Counted from the stretch's first letter, positions 11,224 through 23,515 are shown. The stretch: 64,000 bases of DNA from Azolla caroliniana (GCA_043228905.1 JBHGNT010000006.1:1178001-1242000); one strand, 5' to 3'. The notes: generated from the sequence alone by a model not told the origin. Program-made: numbers and translations.

Positions 11224-12146
11224 TGTCATGAAGACATACATTAACCAGGAATCAAACCCACAACTTCTTGGTCTATGTGTTGAACCCTTAACCATTGTAA
11301 TAACATATATGATGTGTAATTATAATAATTATATTTTTAGTTCTTACGAGATATTTAGAATATTCTAGAACATCCTTGAAAATTTCATGATTATATTTAT
11401 TATCATAAATATTCTAAAACATTCTAGAATACACCATAAGGATCTATAAATAAGTGTCCATTCATTCATCACAACTCATTCGGTTGAAACTGTTGTGACT
11501 CGTGAGTAGGAGAGAGAGAGAGAGAGAGAGATAAGACTTGAAATGGAAATGAGATTATATAATGAGGAAACAAGATTACAAAGAGTAGGCTAAGGGCTAA
11601 AGACTGGTGCAAACCATGCTAATGTTGTACCGCTTAATAAGGTTCCTACTAATCCCACAAGAGCAACATTAGTTGGGTATCGAGTGGGATGTAACTCAAT
11701 CACCAAATGGACTTGATTCAGGAAACCTCAAAAAAGAGATCTGGTACCATCAAACTTGGCGGGGAAGCTAATCTTTGGTTCCCTTGGGGAGTTTTGAACC
11801 CTTGCCGCTTGTTCTCGTAATGTTAATATAATAGCCTCGAGTTGATGAACTCGTTGTGATAGCTCCTCATATTGATGAGCTTTCTTGGTACTCACTTGTT
11901 TCTCAACATCTAATAAGGGCCCTCGATGTTGTGTTGACTCTATCTCCATCGGAGTGGGACCATCCCTCGTAATGGGTCTGGGAACTTGTGGTGGTGTTGT
12001 GACTATTGAAGCGTACGTCTATTCCAGATATATGTTAACCATATATATAATTATACATCATATGTGTTATTACAATGGTTAAGGGTTCAACACATAGACC
12101 AAGAAGTTGTGGATTCGATTCCTGGTTAATCTATGTCTTCATGACA
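11224..12146. mobile_element. Chromovirus (Tcn1-like)-derived non-autonomous element with about 110-bp inverted termini
   Basis: TGTCATGAAGACATA... at the left end and its reverse complement at the right end. 5-bp TSD CTTGT/CATGT (one mismatch). Internal minus-strand Gag fragments EPKISFPAKFDGTRS and DGPTPMEIES. Confidence 0.85.
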
Positions 12147-12921
12147 CATGTGTGCCGTTAATGTAGCTCCAATACCCTTGGCCGATTAGGTATTGGTTCA
12201 TCTTGTACTCCCAAGATAAATATAATTGCTCTAGTCTATCCTTTTCACTAGGGAGCGAGCTACCCATTTGTGTGTTCATGTTTATTAGTGTCTTCTCTTC
12301 TTTTGTCTTTCTTCCTTCGATCACATACATGTGCTACGTAGCGGCACTACGATAGCGGATAGCTAGATTTTGCCATCAGCATCCCGAACACACAATCACG
12401 GAGTCAGGTGGGCTTAGTGGATTTTCTAAACCATACGCTCTGATACCATGTTAAGAAATAGGTAATTAAGTACGGGTTAATTAGTACCTAATTATGTGAT
12501 TAAGTCAAGCGAAAGATTAAGTGATATGTGTGTGTATGTGTGTGAGAGTAAGAGGAAGAAAGAGAGGAAGTTAACACTTATGAACAATGAGACAAGATGG
12601 GGGATGATTAACTATATTAAAAAGCATCATCAAACACAAAAATACCCACAATGAAGTATGTATACAACTCATGTGCAAAGGTGCACATATGTGAGTAGAA
12701 TATAGGTACAAGGGTATAAGTCCTATATTAAATGACATGGTAGTGGAGGATCTATAATGTATGCCACTCAAGTACAAAATCCTATTTAACATTTTAAGGT
12801 CAACATACTAACTAGATTCTATCTAGGTAACTACTAAGTTACACGTGTTGACTAAACGACTAAACTAAGTTGAGGTTGATATCTCAACAGAAGGAATGTG
12901 CTACACATTGATGCTCGGCAA

Positions 12922-13005
12922 GTCAAGATGGCCGAGCAGCCTAACGTGCCAGACTCAAGTTTTGGTTCTTGTGAGAGAGTGTGGGTTCCAATCCCACTCT
13001 TGACA
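12922..13005 (+). tRNA. tRNA-Leu(CAA), probable pseudogene
   Basis: Acceptor GTCAAGA/TCTTGAC, anticodon arm CCAGA-CTCAAGT-TTTGG, long variable arm, T arm GTGGG-TTCCAAT-CCCAC. The D-loop GG is lost. Confidence 0.8.
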
Positions 13006-13094
13006 GGTTCCTTGTCATTTGAATCCCATTAATGGGACTATTTGTCTAATGGCTCGACATTGAAAAATGTTTTGCATTTCTTTTGTTATCCAAA

Positions 13095-13178
13095 GCCAAG
13101 ATGGTTGAGTGGTCTAAGGTGCTAGACTCAAGTTTTAGTTCTCGTGAGAGAGTGTGGGTTCAAATCCCACTCTTGACA
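13095..13178 (+). tRNA. tRNA-Leu(CAA), degenerate second copy
   Basis: GAGTGGTCTAAGG D loop, CTAGA-CTCAAGT-TTTAG, GTGGGTTCAAATCCCAC, one acceptor-stem mismatch. T6 run at about 13223. Confidence 0.8.
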
Positions 13179-13299
13179 AGTTTAATGTCATTTGAATCCC
13201 ATTATTGGGACTTTAAGCCCTCTTTTTTGCTGATTTGATGTACATCCTTGTTGTATCATTTGTATGTTGGGTCAAATTAGAAACCTATTGAAATAATTA

Positions 13300-16200
13300 A
13301 TTTTAGGGTTTGCCTTACGGTTTTGCAAGGAGTGCAGGTCAATATACCGCTTGAATACGGAGCGTGTCCACTCTTGATAGCAAGCACAAACATATGTGTT
13401 ATATGACAGCATAGGCACGAAGCCCAATAGAACATTAGGAAAAATGGGAATAGAGCACCCCCAACCCCTAGAAATTCTTTAGACTATGATGTCCCCCTGT
13501 GAATCCTTGTCCCCCAAACTCGTGTTCTCCACCCCGATGGAGATGCAACCACATCAGGTACCCTCCACCCCGGAGGAGATGCTGTCAAAAGCCCCCCTCA
13601 AGATGGAACGTGAATGTGCTAGTGACCTCAGATTAGTGAAGTCGCGGATCCGGACGGGCACGATCAAGAGTAAAATAGGCAGCCCATCACCTGGTTTGGC
13701 AACGTCTCTCTGGGCTAGAGGGATGCAGGATATGCAACCGCCTAGGAGCCAAACTGTATCGCGAGACCTATTTGAAGCGGGCCGGGAACGACAGGCTGGG
13801 AATCCCTTAGAGGCCCTCCAATCTACTGTGGAGTCCCTACCCCCAGAAGTAGATGATAGGTTGCCCCTTGACATGGGGGTCGGTCCCAACATGGGCATCA
13901 ACCGCACCGCCTCCTAATGAGGATCCTAACGTGGAATGTGGAGGGCCTTGGTGGAGGCCGACAACAACATGAGTGCAAAAGACTTCGGGAGGAGTTGAAT
14001 CCCCTTAATATAGGGGGCAACATTGACATATTGCTTTTGCAGGAACACCACCTCTCTCAAGAGAGAACTTAGAGCCTAGTAAACCCCTTGTCGGGTGGAT
14101 GGACCACGAGGTGGTCGGCTGCACAAGGTGACCTCCAACGAAGAGGAGGGGTCTGCATGTCGATTAGCGATCAGGCCTGCTACGAAGTAACATCACATGG
14201 CACGTTGGTAGCGGGTAGAGCCTTATATGTGTTGTTGAAGTGGCATCGCCTTTAGATTGGGGTGCTAAACGTTTATGCCCCTAACTCTTCCTCCGAGAGA
14301 GCAATCTTTTGGAGGATGTTAGCGACAACATTGCCTGATGCAGAAGCGTGGGTAATGGCCGGAGATTTCAACATGACTGAGCATTTGGGAGATAGGAAAG
14401 GGGGGACCCAAAGACCGCTTCATGGTGCGGAGTTGGACTCCTGGGCTTTCCTAATTGGGAAAATCGGGGTGAAGGATACATGGGGCTCTTCCCTTAGGAG
14501 ATGCTCACATTCGCTACACTTCTCCCGCGCTGCAGTGAATTCTAGGGGTGGTAGTCTTGCGCGGCTAGACCGAATATACATAAGCTCGTCCCTCTTGGCA
14601 GGTCTTACCTTCTTGGATCACCAGCCGATGAGACTAGACCTTAACCCACCCCGCGGTAGCAAGGGGAGTCTCACTATGAAAATCCCCACAAAGATCATGA
14701 AGAGTGCAAAGGTGAAAGCAGGGTTGTAGAGCATATGGCGAGAGACCAGTGTAAGTGAATCGGCCAGTGAGGATTTGCAGAAGAAACTGGCCCTCTCCTC
14801 CTCCTTTTTACAACAGGAAACCAAGGTGGCCCTCCAACAGGCTAGAGCCATTGAAACAAAATTACGAAAGTCCGTTGCGGCCGCGCAACGTTTGCTACAA
14901 GCAGACCCTAGTTGCAATTGGTCGAGAGCTAAGTTGGAGGAAGCAAAGTTGAAGCTGCGGGAAAGGACGTTGGAGAAGAACCGCATGCTATTTCGCAGGG
15001 CCGCAGCATGGTGGGCTAGAACAGACGACAAGGTCAACCGTCATTTCTTTCACTCCAGGGCACCCAAGGGTGGTGGTGGACATATACAAGGGCTGCGCAA
15101 ACCAGACGGCTCAATAATGGAGGACAAGGATGAGATTCTGCATATGGCAACCCAATACTATCGCGACCTGCTCGCACCTATGCATATGCAGCAAAACACG
15201 GAGCTGGTTGAGAGAGTGATGGCTTGCATTCACCCCAAGGTCACCCAAGAGATGGAAGTTGTGCTTGATAGCCCCATTTCTCGATTAGAACTCTCGGAGG
15301 CACTTCGGGATTTGCGGAGAGGAGCATGCCCCGGTCCTGATGGTCTCTCACGAGATTTTTTTGAGATTCATTGGGAAACCGTCATCCCGATAGTGGAAGC
15401 TGGGATTCAAGAGATTTGGTCCTCAGGAGCGATGCCAACTGGACTAGCGGAGGGAATGATCTATCTCATCCCTAAAGCGGCAGGGCGAAGCCTCAAGCTA
15501 TGCCAATGGCGCCCAATCACGATCCTTAACACGATATACAAGATACTAGCAAAAGTCCTAGCTAGGCGAATAACAAGCTTCCTACCGGACATCATACATG
15601 AGAATCAAACAAGGTTTATTAGAGGTAGGTGTATCTTTGACAATGTGCTGCTTCTCTGGGAAGTTATGGCATTGGCAGATAGCACCGCATCGAGCTCGGC
15701 TATTCTGATGTTAGACTTTGAGATGGCCTACAACAGGGTGTTATGGCCCTTTCTGGAAAGAGTGATGAGAGCTATGGGCCTTCCCCCGCAATGGAGGAAT
15801 TGCACTTCTGCACTCTATCGGACTGCTACCAGTAGCGTGTTGGTAGTTGGTGCAAGGGGCCCCACCTTCCAACTACATCGCTCAGTGAGGCAAGGCTATC
15901 CCTTAGCCCCATATCTCTATCTCTTTGTAACCGAGGCTTTCTCAGCCTTCTTACAAGCACCAAGCAACGGACTAAGGGGATTGCTCATCCCCAATGCGAC
16001 TGAGGATCTTCTATTATCTGAATATGCCGACGATACGGTCCTTTTTTTGCAGGGTGATGATGCAAATCTACAACGAGTTGAACATCTTGTTGAAGACTTT
16101 TGTCAGGCTGCCGGTGCCAAGATCAATTGGGATAAAACCCAAGGCCTCTGGTTCAATGAACAAGAGAAGCCAAGGTGGCATCCCCATGCTGATTTTGCAT

Positions 16201-18393
16201 GGGTCCCTAACGGGACGACATTCAAGTACCTCGGATTTACGATGGGGAGGGCAATCCCCAAGGGAGCGCAATTGTCACATGTGCAAGCCAAACTAAGCAA
16301 GAAGATGAACCAATGGAGCAGGTCTAAACTATCCTTTGTTGGGAGGGCTCTTATTGCGAACCAAGTGATGCTCGCCACCATGTGGCACTCAGTCTCGTGC
16401 TGGATTATGGACCCTTCAGGCTTGCGCGCAGTTAAGGCTACCATTAGGGGGTTTATATGGTCAGGAAAGGACAACCCGATGGCTACCGCCAGAGTGTCAT
16501 GGCATTGGTTAACACAACCGCGGGCCAAAGGGGGGCTTGGCCTCATCGACCCCTTAATGCAGAGTCGAGCATTGCTAGCCAAAATGGTGGTTCGTTGCCT
16601 CCTGCCAGATAAGGGGTGTTGGAAGGTTCTACTCCGCAATAGGCTACAGGCAGGGACTCCCAAGTATGGTAAGCCTTGGCCCGACTCCTTGAATTGGTGT
16701 TGCACGAGCGGCGTCCCACCCAAGATGGCTTGTCTTCCGGAGGAGAGGGTCACAAACTCCATCTTGCGGGCATGGTGTCACGTACGACATCATTTGGTCA
16801 AACACACGCCGGCGACACTAACTGAGTGGTCTAGACAACCATTATTTTGGAACCCTCAAGTGCGAACACGTGACAACATGATGTTAGGCCAACTTAAGGG
16901 CCTAGCATGGGGAAAGCTGGTGCAAACAGGACTTCACTCTTTAGATGATTGGAGACGCACGATGGCTTTAGGAGGAGCCCAGGAGGTCCCATCCCCTCCC
17001 CTCAAGGGAGCCTTGAAAATGCGGAGATTGCTAGCTGAGGCAGTTGATAGGGTTCTGATGGGGGAGGTGAGAGAAGATGCTTGGTTCGGTCTCTTTGATG
17101 AGGCTGGAAGGGTTAAGGCACTGAAGGGTGTGAGCGGATCGGGAAGAGATAGGATTTTTGGGGAGAGTCAGAGTAGGGGCTCTTGGCACCCTATCCGCAT
17201 GGTGGCACAAGTTGGTAACATCTGGAAGACAGACCCGGATGTTGCTAAGGTGGAACCCCATTGGAAGTTATGGGTGTATGGTTGTCGTCCCCTCGTTGAA
17301 CTAGAATGGGACCCAGGGGATTTCATGTGGAAACATGATGGCAGATTTCACCATTTCTTCGAGTACAACACTAAACTAGGTCGAGCCTTTCAACTGCAGC
17401 TACACGGCCCCCTTCGCAATGGTTGGCGTACATTGGGCATCCCGGATGAGGTGCTCAGTACCTTTTGGAAGGGTCTCTGGCGTCTCCACTTGCCGGAAAA
17501 GATAAAGTTTTTTTGGTGGCAAATCGGGCATAATGTGGTTCCAGTTGGCGAATGGCTAGGTAAACGTGGAGGCCCGTTAGGCTGCCCACTTTGCCATTCA
17601 CCTATTGAGACTCTGAGGCATTGTCTATGGGATTGCCCTCACGCTCAAAAGGTATGGGATAGGGTGACTCGCCTCCTTGCGGCATGTGAAGTGGAAGGAA
17701 CAACAGCGTGGAGTGTTGCGGCATGGCTTGATCATTCTAGTGATAGGTGGACGGACGCCTTCAATGCGGATAGTTGGTGCTATGTATGCATGCAAGGAAA
17801 AATCTCCAAGATTCGATTTGAGAGAGGCTTGCAGTCCGCATCCCCTAGGTTCCCAAACATTTGGATGCTGATCGTAGGCTTCACCGTGTGGTACGTATGG
17901 AAAGCGCGTTTCCTAAAGGTCTTCCAGGATCTGGTGCGACCCCCGGAGGAAGTGATCATGGACATATGGTTTGCGCTTCTTAGCTGCCTACGAGGGCAAT
18001 TGGACGAGGTTTGCAGCCACTCCTCTGACGTGGATACTGCCTGTTTGCGTTTTTGGCAGAAATGGCGGAACACGCCTATGGTGACACTAGGAGGAAGTGG
18101 CCCGAGGTGGAACTACCAACCCCCACGTTGGCTGTTTCCGGCTCACTTACCACCCTCCCTCTGTTGTCGGCCCCAAGAGTTGTCTCGTACTAGTCATCAG
18201 TACAGGGCATTGTTTTAGCTGTTGGTACTTACACTAAGTAGTCTGTCCGAAAGGCGTTGTAACTAGTCTCGATTTCTAGGACTTGAGCGGAGGGGGATTC
18301 CCCGTTCTATGCTTAAGCCTCCTTGTACAGTCTCTTTGTAATAATCTCACCTAACTAATGGGAAAGTAGCTTCATTTTGGAAAAAAAAAAAAA
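13300..18393 (+). mobile_element. L1-clade LINE, 5'-truncated within ORF1, with poly(A) tail
   Basis: ORF1 tail to 13917, ORF2 with endonuclease, RT and zinc finger, A13 tail at 18381-18393. The 5' boundary is approximate and no TSD was found. Confidence 0.92.
13917..18218 (+). pseudogene. LINE ORF2 (APE endonuclease, RT, zf-RVT) with two in-frame TAG stops
   Basis: MRILTWNVEGL, LLQEHH, LNVYAP, AGDFN, ARLDRIY, PGPDG, WRPITILN, EYADD, KYLG, CPLC...HCLWDC, all in one frame. Stops at 14070-14072 and 14727-14729. Confidence 0.92.
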
Positions 18394-19349
18394 GAGGCCA
18401 AATTTTTTTGTATAGAAATACAAAAGTCACTTTTGGTGACTTTATAGATCTTCTTCCCCCTTGAGTTTTCTATCCTCTTATAACCTAAACCTTGAGCTCT
18501 TTCTCTTCTCATTTCCTTAATCTTTCACTTAAGTGAATCAAGTGATTAAGGTTAAGCAATTATCTATACCTTAATCATTCCTCATTTTGTATGTGTTTTG
18601 CATACTCTTATATTAATCGAGATTGGGTCAATATTAACACATATATTGTTTGTCTTTACTTATATGTGTACATTTTACTTAAGCTCTTCTTATGACTTGA
18701 TCAATCTCTTAATAAAGAGCCAACATGAGGAAGTCTAGTGATGTAGGTTTTACATTGTGGGTGTGGCCTTTCCACACTTGGCCGCCGATTGGCTTGCCCT
18801 TTCCTTTATTAGTTCTTACTGCTTCCCTTTCGTGTGCCCTTTAGTTGTTCGATATCCTTGTTTATGCGCTCTTCTTCACGACCAAATTATGATGCATTCC
18901 GATTGCTTAACATGCAAAGTGTTTTTTATGCATGCAACAAGAAGCCCCCCAATGGGAAAGTATGGACAAAAGTTGTACATAGAAACCCTTAAGTCACCTC
19001 TTAGGGCGCCGCCATGCATAATTCCACTTGCTATCCGACATCAGAAATTGTTGTTGTCTAGTGTGGCACATATCATAACAATGTTCTACACTTGAGTGGC
19101 TCTTGAAGGTGGGGTTCATACTACATATGCATAAGTTTGCTCTCTCCTTGCGCATAATATATTTGTTTTCATTTTGAACATCCCTCAAATTGTCAATTAT
19201 AACATTATACAACTTGATTAATAGTTTCCATTAGGGATTTCATATCTTCATAGAAAGTGAGAAATAAGTCTTTCACATAATTGCATAGCTCATAATGAAA
19301 TAAACCCATTAATGACTCAGCTTCATCCTAAGGGATGTCATATCTAAGG

Positions 19350-21907
19350 TGTCAAGGTTGTAGCCACAAACAAGATAAAATGATAGAAGAGATTACGAAA
19401 AGAAGAGGGAAATAAGGGGAAAATGTAAGGGAAGTTCGTCTATTTACCAGAATGCCCCTAGAAGTTCCAAATTTACCAAACTACCCCTATGTCCAAAAAA
19501 ATACACTTTATAAAGTAATTATACACTCAAATCTACAAGCCTTATTTACTAGAGTGCCCTTAAACCTAAACCACTATATACCTATTTTGACCAATTTATA
19601 CCACTTTTATTTTTCAAAATATATCATAAATCAAACTAAATTATCAAAATTATATTATATATCAAAAAATTCAATTGAAAGGTCACCTTAAAATCCAATT
19701 CAATGAATTTACACCGAGTTATACTGGCTTAATCCCATAAAACCAAAATTTGTGTTTGAAGTGACCAAAACTTCAAAACATTTGATCACACACCAAATTT
19801 TACCATTGGGATGCCATTTTGAAGCCAAAATCCATGAATTTGCGGATTCACAAACAATTTGCGGCCAAAATGTTAAACCAAATCTCACGAAAAACTTTGC
19901 TACCAAAATGTCATTTTAAACGAAATCTCACATAACACTTTGGTATTAAAATGCCATCTTAAACCAAATTTCATGATTTTACACTAAATTTTGTTAGCAA
20001 AATACAATCACAACTACATCTCCTCAATTTCAAAAATACTTGCAAACCAAAATTAATTATCGAAATGTAATAATTACATGTTAATTTTGATCCGTCTACA
20101 AAAAGTGAATTCCAAAAATATCCACAAAATCAAATATATCTATCGACTCAACAAAATATCTAATAATGCACAAGGTAACCCCATATCCTGATGATGAAGA
20201 CGATTGATCAACCCAATGAACAAGAAAGAAAAGACTGTTAGGTACAAATGACCCAAAGAATCACTTAAGTAAAGAAATTTGTGTTTGAAAGGTATTATGG
20301 TAAATAGGGTTTGTAGATTTGAGTGTATAATTGCTTTATAAAGTGTAATTTTTTTGGACATAGGGGTAGTTTGGTAAATTTGGAACTTCCAGGGGAATTC
20401 TAGTAAATAGACGAACTTCCAGGGGTACCCTAGTACTTTTCCCAAAATGTAATTATATTAACAACGACAAGATTACATGAATACGTTGAAGCTTATCATT
20501 GTACTATAATTTATTATCAATTACTAAAGCACCGTCTTGTATAGCATTATTGGAGCCCATGCATGCTTCCCACCTTGCATCCATGCATGATTGCCACTTA
20601 GCATTCATGCAAGCATGCCATTTGGTGACTATGCATTAGCCTATGCAAAGTAGCGACATCTTGTAATATTATGTTGATAGTCTAGATTATCTAAGACAAG
20701 TTAGAATAACTAGTGTATCATAAATTTATGGTATTTTGTATAGATATTCATGACATTATCCCCTTCTTTTAACGATGAGCTCCACAAGTTGTAATCCAAG
20801 AAGTAGGACTTGGTTTACTAGGAAATCCATGATAAAATTCAACTATAACTTCTATCGCATTGACAATTCAACTTGTTGGGTTGGGTGGTGTTTATGTTAC
20901 TTCTTAAGAGCCATTAGATGATACTCAACTTAAAAGTTAGGTCATTCAAGATGACAATGATCTACAAACTTCTTACACATGGCTTGAGTACTATGTAAAT
21001 GGTTGAAAACACAATTGTACTTGATGTAGACGATTTTCAACAAGATATTTTTGGAGATTTCTTAATCTTATGCATTATCCAATGATGATGGCATATTGTG
21101 TTGGAAAATATTAAGGGAGTATATCTAGTAGAAGAATGTAAATAATTACTATAAGTTGACGCTGAAAAGTGCAAAAAGTCAATTCAATAATCTTGTTGGT
21201 AGTTGACGAAACATCAAAGATATTGCCCCAACCTTTGGTTTGACTATCAGTCTCTAGATGATTGTTCAAAGATAGTTTACAATCGATTTGAAAAAGTTCA
21301 ACAAGTGTGTCCAAATTTAGACATGAATTCCAATCCTAGATAATTGATGAAGTCATCTAGAAGACCATGATGCTAAACACTTCAATCTAACCAAATCGAT
21401 TCTCTCAATTACAATTGATTGTATTTGTGCATGGAAGGAAATTCGTCATCTTAATGAACCAATCCTCCACTTTGAGAATGACATCAAAACCTTTGGAAGA
21501 TGGGATTAGTAATGAAATTCAAAGTGATGGATTTCACTTGGATACTAGGAATCGGTAAGGGTTGCAATAACCTATATGGTCGATGTCTCCATGTAATCGT
21601 TTCATTCTTGTTAATATAATTACGTTCTCCTCTTATTTCTCTCTCATTTTCTTTTTCTCTTCTATTATTCTACATTGTTCTTGGCCACAACCCGAACAAT
21701 ATGAACCGGGATGAATTAACAACGACGAAGACAGCTTATATAGCATTGTTGGACCCATGCATGCTCACCACCTTGAATCCATGCTTGATCGCCACTACTT
21801 CAATATCTCATTATTTTGTTGTGCCTTGTTCACACTCAGTGTCACAAATTTGATGTTGACAATGGTATTTTATAATTTTGTGGTATTTTAATTAGATTTT
21901 CATGACA
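19350..21907 (-). mobile_element. Degenerate chromovirus (Tcn1-like) remnant with two related LTR copies
   Basis: TGTCATGAA starts at 21907 and at 20755, the latter preceded by PPT GAAGGGGATAA. Both share a CCCATGCATGC...GCCACT block. Integrase remnant RHRPYRLLQPLPIP near 21550-21590. Confidence 0.7.
19429..20443. mobile_element. Non-autonomous Mutator-like element (MULE)
   Basis: About 140-160-bp TIRs starting GGGAA and a perfect 9-bp TSD AAAATGTAA (19420-19428 and 20444-20452). The left TIR has a small internal deletion. Confidence 0.9.
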
Positions 21908-23515
21908 ATATCATGCAAATTTGAAGATGACTAACTAACTCAAAAGATTAGAAGATGATGTTAAGGAAGTCAAAGAGGAGTTTGCCAAGTATTAGAATTG
22001 TGCATTTGAGGTTGAAAAGGAACAAGAGATGACCAAACAATCCCTTTTCACTCTCACATCTCATTACGAGACATTTGAGTATAATAACTCCAAATAACAA
22101 TACATGCTCAATGGTAGCATAGAGCACTTCATACGATCCTATGAGTATAACATAGCCACCAATGCTACAACCATGAAAACCAAGGTTTGGGCATCCATAT
22201 GTGTTTACACCATGATGAAACTATTGCTTCAAGTATTTGATGACAAACCAATCTACTTCCACTAGTTTAGGAATTGGTTGCAAGAGTGCATTTAGATGCA
22301 AGAGCGATAATTGGATGTTGCTTTTGAGGCGATGTTGAGAAACATGCATCAACGATTGGCCACACTCGAGGCCGACACAATGGGTATGGCATTAAAGAAC
22401 ACCATGGCTAAGATGCTTAAGGGAAAAGGCATTCCATGTCAAATGTTGAATCAATTGCAAGCTACAAGAAAGGCATTTTGACGAAGATGGAAAGCAAAAG
22501 TAACTAAACTATCGCTACTTTGGATGCATAAGAATGCAAGGGTTGAACAACTAGGCATTGTTCATTCTAATTTGTAACATAAGTTATTCTAATGGTTTTA
22601 ATATCCTCAATGAGACCCAACCTAGATAAACATCCCAATGAGATCAAGTAATCTATGTATTGGACTTGTATTTGTATTTGCTAGAGAAGACTAGAGAAAC
22701 TAATTATAGGAATAGATAAGCGCTAATAGTATGCTATACATTCTTTTATATATTGACGTATAAATCTATGGATATCATTGAGGTATTTATATTTACTAAA
22801 TGAGACTAGAAAATTCGATGATAAGGGTTGACAAGCCATAGCAATATGTTATCCTTTCTTGTCATATGTCTCAAACATAAATCTACATTATCATCACTTT
22901 ATTTGTATTTATAATTGCTAAAGCTTAAGTAATAAAACGTACATAGGTGTTGACCCTCATATGCTCAGCGAAAAGCATATTAGATTTTTAATGATTTTGC
23001 TGCCTTAGAACACATCATGATGTAGGTGTTCCAAAAACAACTAAGTTAGAAATAGGCAAGGGATTCCATGCACATCTTTATGTTGTTCATGACATCAAAA
23101 GTGGAGAAAATAAAAAAAGGATTATCTAGCGGTTTTGAACAATAACTAGAAATACAAACTTCTTGCCAATAACATGCAAGTCTTCAATATTGTAGAATTG
23201 AATATCATTTCATTATGTTGCTCCAATGTTTGTGTACCATCTAAGCTTTCTCACAAGTGAAGTTTAATAGATGTATGAAGCCAATGTTTGTGATGATAGT
23301 GTTTTGTTCTAGCTTATGGACTAGTGATTTTAATGATTATCTCTCTCACATCAAATATTTGGGATTAAGGTCTTTTTATAATTATGTCTCCAAACAATTA
23401 GGGTTGTAGAGCCTAAAGTTGCAAGCAAAGTATAACAAAAGGTCAAGTTGGGAGCAAAAAATTTTGAGGTGTTGGTTTACTGTTATTTTTAGCATTTTTG
23501 AAATGGTTTTGAATG

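Larger units (their letters stand above)
9688..12889 (-). mobile_element. Ty1/copia element C, degenerate 5' part (LTR 12449-12889, PBS 12437-12448), outermost element of the nest
   Basis: LTR TGTTGAGAT...TTAACA and PBS TGGTATCAGAGC. Gag remnants (SWEYKMNQYLIGQGYWSYI; SFFDLQSMLLVEENH) and protease WFVDSGASH. Interrupted at 9687 by copia B. Confidence 0.9.

Noticed and set aside
11224-12146. DIRS element or DNA transposon as the explanation for the inverted termini
   Set aside because: TG...CA ends, a 5-bp TSD and chromovirus-type Gag fragments point to an LTR/integrase origin; no tyrosine recombinase or transposase remnant is visible.
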